A stretch of 64,000 nt of DNA, from contig JBDRKX010000047.1 of NCBI GenBank assembly GCA_043813605.1, positions 77,164-141,163 of the forward strand, read 5' to 3'. Shown here one piece after another: positions 37,950-47,600 of the stretch. The DNA comes from Elusimicrobiota bacterium. GTDB lineage: Bacteria > CG03 > SLGR01 > JBDRKX01. The translations under genes and the position numbers were made by a program. Numbering within the stretch: the first letter of the stretch is position 1; each line of letters begins with the position of its first letter. The notes under the pieces were generated by a model. It searched no databases. It saw only the letters and a program-made list of their open reading frames with translations, and had not been told where the DNA came from.

Positions 37950-37966
37950 TTCTGTTTAAAATACAT

Positions 37967-38011
37967 AAAAAAAACCCGCACTCTGTTCATCTTAAAACAA
38001 AGTGCGGGTTT
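37967..38011 (-). terminator. Intrinsic terminator / attenuator hairpin just upstream of gene A start
   Basis: Minus strand AAACCCGCACT-TTGTT-ttaagatg-AACAG-AGTGCGGGTTT with an 8-T run at the 3' end, ending 17 nt before the ATG at 37949. Confidence 0.8.
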
Positions 38012-38538
38012 ACGTTCGGGCACACAGCCCACCCGTAAATACCTCTTATGGGATTAATATCATACTCATCTGACCTGTTTACAATGCATTTTTGCAGCGG
38101 ATTCAGGAATCTTAGAGACCACCACTGATAAAACTTCAGTTTAGGCAAGATGAGCACCTCCAGGTCTCTCTTCTTCATGCTGATTTCTCTGACTGCTATT
38201 CCTACAAAACATATCAGCATCAGAAGTATACTCTTATCGCCGGAAATGATTATGGTACTTATTATGTATGCCATAAACCCCGCGAACTTCCTGCTTTCTT
38301 TGCGTTGTTCAGGAACAGTCGGTATCTTTTTCTTAGCAGTAACAGGGTTAAACATCCTTTTTGCCATCCGGTCCACTTCAAAGACCGCACGGGAACAATA
38401 GTTGGAATTTTTTATGATTATTGATATGTGGTTACTGTAGTTTCTGTAGGACTGCAGTATTCCCATAAATGAGAATATTACAACGACTCCCCCCGCAATA
38501 ATGCTGAAAAATACTTTTCTTTTAGCGAAAAAAGACAT
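37987..38538 (-). CDS. 183-aa membrane protein, putative leader ORF upstream of gene A
   Basis: SD-like GGGGA just before the ATG; basic N-terminus plus hydrophobic segment (KRKVFFSIIAGGVVVIFSFMGIL); second hydrophobic stretch; fills the intergenic space co-oriented with both giant genes. Confidence 0.6.
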   Translation of the reverse strand: MSFFAKRKVFFSIIAGGVVVIFSFMGILQSYRNYSNHISIIIKNSNYCSRAVFEVDRMAKRMFNPVTAKKKIPTVPEQRKESRKFAGFMAYIISTIIISGDKSILLMLICFVGIAVREISMKKRDLEVLILPKLKFYQWWSLRFLNPLQKCIVNRSDEYDINPIRGIYGWAVCPNVNPHFVLR

Positions 38539-38552
38539 AAATCCCCATTAAC

Positions 38553-38607
38553 TAATAATTAAAAAAATTATTAATAGTCACACGTGATATATATAATCAT
38601 ACCAGTT
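38553..38607 (-). promoter_or_regulatory. Possible extended -10 promoter and AT-rich palindromic operator upstream of the leader ORF
   Basis: Minus strand TGgTATGAT (~38597-38605); inverted repeat TAATAATT-N5-AATTATTA at 38553-38573. Confidence 0.3.
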
Positions 38608-38655
38608 GAATATGAAATTAATGTGAAACCCTTTCTCCCCCCGCCGGATTTCGTT

Positions 38656-41600
38656 TTACGTCGCTTCTACCATTGACCTGATATTGTTAAGGTTTTCAAA
38701 GAGTCTGCTTTCCTGCTTGCGACTTATTATATTATTAACATATACGAACATATTTTTCAATACCTCAAGCATTGAATCGTCTCTCTGTTCGCCCAGAGCA
38801 TACGCCGCAATTTTATCTAACCTGCCCTGTGTGGTTATCATTGCCAGGGATGTGGGAGTCACAGGTATTCCGACGACAGAATTACCCAGTCTCCTTATGA
38901 GGTCTACAAACCGTTCCATTCTCTCTTTTTTCTCCTTGATAGGTTTCTTTATTTCTTTGGGAGCGCTTGTTCCCCTTGCCGTGGGATCGACTACCCTCTT
39001 CTGGCCCAGGAAGAACTGCTCATTGAGTTTCTGGACTTTTTCATAAACTATTTCCATAGTTTCAGGCCTGAATCCTTTAAGCCTGTCCGTTACATGCCAT
39101 TTCAACATAGTATCATCTCCAAGAAACCCTGCTGAATAGGCTTCAAACCATAGCGTGTAAGGCGCTATTTCATCCTTATTTATTCCATATGTTGCCATTT
39201 TGGACTCAAATATATCGTCTGAAAATTTACCGTTTTCATCTTCACTCATCCTAAACAGCGCATGCAGTTTAATTGCCTTAATAGCCATAGATGGATTAGC
39301 CTCATAGAGGCCTGTTAGTCTACGAACTGTCATGCTGTCTATAACAAGCCGACCCTCATCAGCCAAATAATAGCTCTTTGAACCGGTCTCTATGCTGTTC
39401 AGGCCTGTATTCATCTCCATCAGCGCATTTTTAAGATTGTCAAAATAAAGCTGTTTGTTCCATAGCGGTTTTACCTTGTTATCAAATGTCTTTACAGGTA
39501 TATCTTCGGCATGACTGCCTCTTATCAGATCGCCGTTCTCATGCTTGAGGATATGCCTCAAAGCTGTCTTTTCGGCGTATGAAGTCACGTTAAACAGCGT
39601 GTTTATGTGCATATATATCGAATTCGAGCCCGCATGGCTCAACACCCTGCCGGCTGAGAATTCATCATTATGAGTCAACAGGACGACAAGACGCCTGTTC
39701 TGGAGCGTCGGTTGAGCCAGCATATTAACAGGAATATTAAAGAATCCAATCAGGCCGTTCAATATCCTGCTGATAAATACGCTGACCGGTGATCTTCTGG
39801 CTGTTCCGTCAAGCAGTTTGAGCATCGCTTTAAGATGATCCTTATCGGCAGTTTTCAGGTATCCGGCAAGTTCTTCTCTTGCCGCTTCTCTGGCGCTGTA
39901 ACTGTCGTATTCAAAAGCGTTCAATAGGTTGCCAGCTATCTGATTACGGTCACCCCTGAACATATTATCTATCTGATCCTTCTTAAGTCCCGGACGGAGC
40001 CCTATGGAAAGACCGGATTCTATTCCCTGGCTGATATCCGTGTTTACGGTACCTACAGCAACACCGGGTTTCATGAGGTTTTTGTCATCTACCATCAGTG
40101 AAAGGTATTTTATAAGATCCTGAGCTTTTGTTGTCAGGTCTGGCTGTTCTATATCAGCCAGATTGATCTCAAGCGCTCTCTGCATGAGTACCTGTACCAG
40201 TTCAGGTACCGAGAAACCACGCATATCTTCCTGGCTCACGGATATGACTCCTGCTCTCTGTACCGGTCTTTCCTCAAAAACAAAGGATGAGTTCTCCAAC
40301 ACTGACTTAATATCGATTATACTGCCGAATTCTTCCGGCACTTCCATATTATTTGCTATAAACACCCTGTCTATAATGTTTAATATACGCGTTCTTGCTT
40401 CATTGAACCTGTTTCTTTGCCCGGCAGGCAGATCTTCCAGAATCGCGGCTCCGGTAAGTTTTTCGGGTACAGCTGCCGGGATCTTGCTCTTAAAAACTTT
40501 ATTAAAAGCGTTGATAACGCGTATACCCTGCTCAGTATTTCTTCCGCTAACATTGTCACCGGGCGCTGCGGTCTTCCAATAGTCTTCGGATATTGTATCG
40601 TACGCTCCGAATATAAAATAAACGTTTTTCAGCCTGTCGCTGTTTTTTAACGCCCATATGACTTCCTGTGAAGAAACCATCGTTCTGAAAGTATAGAGGC
40701 TCTTATCAGGAACAAAATAAACAATAGGCTCATCAGGGACTCTTTCGGGATCAGTAAGCATTCTTATAAAAGCTTCCGGAGTAGATGTATCTATATTAAG
40801 TTCTTTTTCTGCTCTTAAGAAATCCTTCATTCCGAACATCGTGGTTAGCGACCAGTATATGCCTGTCTTTCTTGCAAGGCCTCTCATACCAAGCGAATAG
40901 CCGTAAGTTTTACCGGGCATGGCTTCCTTGTACTTTTCGCGGCGTCTTGAGTCATCATACTGCTTTTTATCGACATTGCCAGCCACAGTCATGCCGGGGA
41001 TACCGCCGCTGGCGACAAGATCATAAAAATCATTTAACGTGTATAATCCTGCTGATTTCTTTTTAAGTTCATCAATCGTGATATATTTCTCTATTTCGGT
41101 CTTTTTAATATGTTCTTCTAGAGTCGAGAGTGTTATTGATGCTGCAAGCAGGCGGGAATCAGTTTCATCATAAAGACTGGCCAATCTGTCGGTAAGTCGC
41201 TGGAGGAAATAATTAAGAATTTCATTCTTCTTATAGATACCCAGATCCGGGCTGTGATAAAGAAATCCGAGCCACTCGCTGATCTTATCCGACCCGTTTA
41301 TACCGCCCAGCAATTCTGCAATATACCTGTTATAATCCCCGGACTTCAACTGCGGTATAGTACCGGCCCACAGGTATTTTTCTATATGCTGTTTCTTCTC
41401 CAGAAATGATCTAAGGCCGCCTAGCGCCTGTTCATACCAGCCGTCTGTGATACCGCCTGCAACCGGGTTAATATTAAATCCGAAAGTGGTCGTATTGTTT
41501 CTGCCGGTATCCAGCACGCCCTTTAATAAGCTGTATAATTCCTTATCTTCATAACCGGATATTTCTTCAAGGAACCCGCCTACCAACCGGACAGCGGCTT

Positions 41601-44600
41601 CTTTTGCGATACGCTCGTTCTTCATATTATTGTTCCAGGTCCTCAGGTAACCGAGACCGGCGGTATTGAGCCCGTGCAGTATCTGCGCTATCTTCGCTGA
41701 ATTGGCAAGAGACGCATAGAATCCCTCAGGATCGGTAACCGCTCTTTCGAGCGTATTGTTCATAGTTTCGAAATAGGAGTCCGGATTAGTATCTTTAGGA
41801 ATGACCATGTTAACGCCTTTGATATTGGCTTCGCCTATTATACCTTCCCCTATGATGTCCTTATGATCCGACGCTTTGAGCACCCACGGCGATGCAAGTA
41901 TGAGCGACATGGCCGCGGAACCGTTCACCTCGGTATATTCGCAGGTACCTGTCTCGTCCTCTGAATCCAGCACGACGAGCGAACTTGCTATCAGCATCAG
42001 CTGTTTCTCTTCATCAGTGAACTGTCCAACGAATTCCAGCTGTCCGTTATAGTCGCTTCTACCCGGCTTATGCGCAAAGAACCCGACAGCATCATTAACA
42101 GCTTTTAGTATCTCTTTTGCTGATCCGTGATTCTTTTCCAGCAGCCTGCGGGCTTCTTTCTCATTGCCGGTTGAAAGCTTCACGAGCTCAGCCAGCGTTT
42201 TTATTGAACCTTTTCTGGCCGCGCGCCTGATAACGCGGTCCATAAAAACAGGACTTACTGATTTAAGTGAAGAAAGTACTGCTGAGGATGTTTTTAAATC
42301 ATCCATAAACTTTCTTATATCAAAGTCTTTTCTTTTCTCACCATCTTTCAGAACTTTTTCAGGCATATAATCTTCCATGGCGATATCAAGATATTTTCTC
42401 TTTCTGTTCTCTACGCCATCAATACTTTCCGGTAATAACGCCAGAATATCACTATACGTTACAGCGCCCTCTTTTTCCATATAATAATCCACTATCGTAT
42501 TTACAAATTCCGGGTCTATCCCAAGAATATCAGCCTGGAGATCTTTATACCCGTTAGCCAGGTCAATGCTTGCCTGGTATGCCTGTATACGCGAGAACAA
42601 AACTGTCTGTTTTCTTTCTTTAGCAAGTTTCCTGATATTATTATGGGTATATGCCCTGAAAGGACTGACTTTGATATCGACATTCCTGCCGGCGTAACTC
42701 GATATCGGCTGTTCCGGATCAAGATCGAATCCCATCCGGTCGTTTAACATTTCCACGGCGCGCCCTACAATATCCCTGGCATCCTTCCACTCAAGGTCAG
42801 CGATGTCTTTCAGCTTTTTACCCCTCAACTCTTTATATATCGCCTTTATCTTATTCTGTACGCGGGTAAGTTCGTCACCGTTTGTTACTGCTTCGTACCT
42901 GGCATTTGGGTCATAGCTGTCGCGTTCGAGTACTATCTTCTGCTTGCGGCTGACCGTATTAACGGAATCCGCGAGCCTCACGGCGCCGCTGGTCATATCC
43001 ATCATATTATCCCTGACAAACGCGCTCCAGTATCTCTTATCAAGTCCTATAAGATTCATTGCGTATTCAAGTTTGCCTACATCTTGAACCTGACGGTTGC
43101 CGAACGTATGAGTGGTAAACGCCAGATGCGTATCTTTAAGATCCGAACCGGCTCTGTCTTTTTCTTCACGCAGCAATGCTATGGCAGCGGCAGACTGGGC
43201 GTCGTTTCCGTAGACAAATTCAGCTTTTTCACGTACGAGCAGTTCCCTGGACGCTTTTGCAAAGAAAGCGTTAAATTCCTCTTCGGAGCTGTTGCCGAAC
43301 GACCTGTAGGCATAGATTGTATTCGTATACTTGGCCCTGATATCCTGCAGCACTCCAAGATAATACATAATATTATTGAATGCGAGGACCTTGTTATCAC
43401 CCGGAATCGTATCGTAAGTATGAAGATCAGAAAGGAATCCCAGCACATTCTTTACCTGATTAAAATCCGGAAGTTTTTCCAGCTCATGCTTCACATAATT
43501 GAAGAACCAGTCCTGACTAGCATGATGGTAAAGCAGATCCGTCTTTCCTTCATTGAACAACCTTAATGCATCATTATACAGCCCCAATAACCCCGGTGCG
43601 GCAGGACGGCCTTCCTCAAAGGTATAACTGTTACCCTTTACCAGGTTTTTCGATGCTATCTGCAGATCCGTTGCCATATCATCCGGAAATATTTCTATCT
43701 CCTGTTTTGCCATATACTCGTGGTCAAACAGCATATTTGTATATCTCGGCCTGACCCGGTCCAGATCCTTAATAAATCCCATTAACTGGAGATATTTGTC
43801 CCAAAGCGGATCCGGTAATTCAATAATTTTCTCAAGATCCACTCTCACCGGATTACCCTCAGGTATCCTGTCTATCTGGTGCCGGAAATACGAGAAGAAC
43901 CATTCAGAATGCCGCTCGACATGCTCGCGAATAAGTTCAGTTTTTCCTTCACTCTGAAGCCTTACCGCCTCTTTATAGAGACCAATAAGACCCGACTCGA
44001 CCATCCCACTTTTATCCGTTTCAAAGGCATACTTATCACCGGTCGTCACAAAGAGCATGGCTTCCTGTATGCTGGGATCCACTACTTCTTCTATAAGCAG
44101 CACCTCTTGCCCATGTTTGTTCTTTCCGCGCAGTATCCTGACCGGAGTCTCTATATCACCTACTGTTATCTTGTAGGAATATATTTCTTCTAGTTCGGTT
44201 GCAAGTAATTCCTTGGTATAATCAATCAACTCCGGCTCGCCTTCTTTATTCATCCTCATCTTGTATCTCGGTTCTACAGTAACCACATTGGCGCCAAGGT
44301 CCATCATGAATTTTTCATGTACCTGGAGCACGTAACCGAGCCCGCCGGCGATAAGCGTGTTCTCGGACGAGAGCGAATATATCGTCTTGCCTTTCAATTC
44401 TGCGGCGTTCTTCTCGAACCAGCCTTCCGGTATGATGTCATACATGAACATAATGGCGTCAGCTATCGTAGATTCGAATTTGTTGCGCTGCAGTATCTTA
44501 AGAAGCCGCTTCCTGTCTTTCTTATCAAATTGGGCCACAGCTTTCAGCACCGGGTATAAAGATTCGATAGCTACATCTCTGATCTCGGTATTAATTATTA

Positions 44601-47600
44601 TACCTGCATTATCCAGGTATGTGACTAATTCTTTTTCGGCACTGGTTTTCCAGCCGAACTTTCCGGCTTTTGCCAGGTATTTCTTTATCCTCTTTGAATA
44701 ATATCCCCAGTCTTCCCTGAGTATTTCTTCCCTGAAAGAGACCTTGTTTATGCGGAAGTTATTCCCGGCGCGATAAGAAAGATCTTCCCATTTCCAGCCC
44801 TCAGGAGTATCCCAGCGGAAGGTGAACTCGTCTGCATCTTCAGGCAATACTGCCTGATATTTTCCATCAGCCTGCCGGTCTAGCACTATATCGGGATAAG
44901 CCTGCCATTCGCCGCTTTCCGTTATTCTGCCTGCTTTTACTATACCGGAATTTGATACATTTACTATCTTTACCGCTTCACCCTCAAGGATCTCTATATC
45001 ATTTATCTTATGTTTATCGAAAGTCCAGTCGACAAGTTCCGGTATCTCTTCAACTGCTTCAGCAGGTTCCGCTAACCTCTCCAGTTCAATTTGAATCTTG
45101 TTGTTAGTCCCAGATATTATTTCCCTTAATGATGCCGCTGTTTTGACCTCAAGTATTTTCTCCGGATTAAAAGCCGCATCCTGAGTTAGAGTATAAAGGA
45201 TAAAACGTGCCTGGAATAATAATTTACCGGCTTTTTCAAGATCAGGCTTCATCTGCTCAATCTTTTCTTTTGCTTCCTTAGCAAGCAGGCTGGCCCAATT
45301 AAGGAAATCTCTATGACTAGCTTCAGTTTTTATCTCTTTGCCGGATAATAAAACTGAATTTTCTGAAATTATTGTTTCTAATATACTTTCACTTATTGTA
45401 TTCTCACCTGCGAAAGAGATACCCACTTTAATTCTCCGCAGATCCTCAGTAAGAAGCCCTATTTCTTTAAGCTCCCCCCATTTCTGGTAAGGTTCATTGC
45501 CTTTCACGACTATTACAATATCAATATCTTCCGGTTTTAAGTCCGGTCTCCAGAGATACCCGCCATTTGCATAAATACTTACGATGTCATAACCGTTCAG
45601 CTTACCCTTGTATTTCTTTATTATATCTTCCGCCAGTTTAACCAGGTTATCCAGGCGCTCTTTTACTTCCGGAGAATCTACTGAATAGCCCAGCATCCCA
45701 TAAAAACCGTTCCGGTTGCGCCAGCTCTTTTGAATAGATTCTTTTAATTCTGATACACGCTTTTCATGAGCATCCTCAACCGGTACGGCAGATACACGGC
45801 CCAGGCTCTCTTCGGTTATCGGTTCCGTACCAAGAAGTTTTTTCCTCATGTTGATATCACGCAGGACTTTTTCCCAAAAATCATTTGTGATCCTGGTTTT
45901 ATAAAAAGATTCCAGGTCCATGTCTTTTATGATTATCCTGTCATCCGATGTTAAGGTTACTTCTCCGGCATCCAGTATGTATGCCATTACTTCCCCGCCG
46001 GCTACGCTCCCTATCATGATATTGCTCGTTTTCCAGAGATCATCTACGGCAAAACCCTTATCTATAAGCCCTCTTATGAGCTGTCTTACCATCTCAAGCG
46101 TTTCAGCCGGTAATCTATCCTGGTTAATGCTGGCAAACGTAAGTTTATCCAGTGTCGTCCCTTCGACTTTTTCAACGACCACATACGCCTGATTATCCCC
46201 GAACAGGCCCCACTCCAGAGGTTTCGGGGCAAGTCCAGCCTTATGCATCTTTTCGAGCATTTCGAACTCTTCTTTTATCTGATAATATCCCTGACCAGGC
46301 CGGTCGCTCACATATTTCCTGATAACTTTTATTACCAGATTTTTATCAAATGGGTGTTCGAACACATCAGCAAAGTTTCCGCTTACCACATCAAGAACCA
46401 TTGCAAGCCTGACTCCATCTTTAGTCGATACGGTCAACCTGGGCATATTATCGAAATCCCTGGGTTTATTCGGGTTCCTCGGTACATATGCCAGCGTTAT
46501 CTTTGAAACCTGTTTACTGATATAATCCCTGAGTATACTCTTTAGCGGGTTAGCCGGATCGAATACCTCACGCTGGATTCCCGTGTATACGGCCCGGTGT
46601 TCTCTATAATCCGATTCCCCGTATACGGCACCGAATCCCTCATGAAACAGAACCTCATCCAGATAATCACTGAACAGCGACATCTCGTCCAGGAATTTGG
46701 CGCCGATCGCTATCTTATCATCTGTAAAAAAGGCGAACAGGTAATCTTCGTCACCTTTTACTATCTCATTAAACACTACTATTTTCCCTTCTCTCAGATA
46801 TTTTTCGAGAAGCCCTGTTATACTGTATATACGATCGTCGCCCAGGAGACCTCTATCCATGGCTTTCCCGGTTATCTGCATGATCTTTTCCATTACGAAA
46901 CTCTTTTGACGCCTAGAGAGCTTTAATAAAGGTACTGTTGCAGCACTTTCCTGTGAAGCGCCTTTTCCTATCGCACCCGTGATCTTCAGCGGATATATCC
47001 TGGCCGCAACATTTCTTATGCGTTTTAACTGATGGGTTCTCAGATATGATTCTGTTTCAGTTGTATCGTCTATTAATTTTTGAGTTATGTTTACATTTGA
47101 AGGATTGATAAAAGTTTCTGTCAGGAGGGCTCTTGTAAGTTCCGACTGAAGTTTTTCGGGTATGCCCGTAGCTTTTTCAACCGACTGGACAAGCCGGACT
47201 GTCTTGTCTACCATGTCAAGGAAATTTACTCTTGTATATATGCCCTTGACCGGGTTTCTTCTCAGATATTTCTTTGTTTCAAAGAATATCCTTACCAGCC
47301 TGTTAGTATCGGGAATACTGAAACCCTTATTCTTCAATTCCGTTTTCAAAGACCCGATGTCTTCATAATAACTGTTATTCAAGGTCAGGTTTGTCACATT
47401 TACCGGTATGTCCAGCTCTCTGAGTATCTCACCCCTCTGGGCAAGCTGCTCAGCATTGCGTTTGACCGTAACGGCAGTGGCAGGGAACCTGTTCTTTACC
47501 AGCTTTTCTACCTGTGTAACCAGCTTTGTTCCCGTTATTTTAACCCATTTTGAACTTTCGAGTTTATTTATGCTGGATTCTATGTCTTTTTCTCCTACCT

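Noticed and set aside
38010..38225. Known riboswitch (c-di-AMP, c-di-GMP-I, fluoride) in the leader; partial words CTGAATCC and GCCTAAAC and a few stems
   Set aside because: The rest of each consensus is absent and the region is better explained as coding; an Rfam scan would be decisive.
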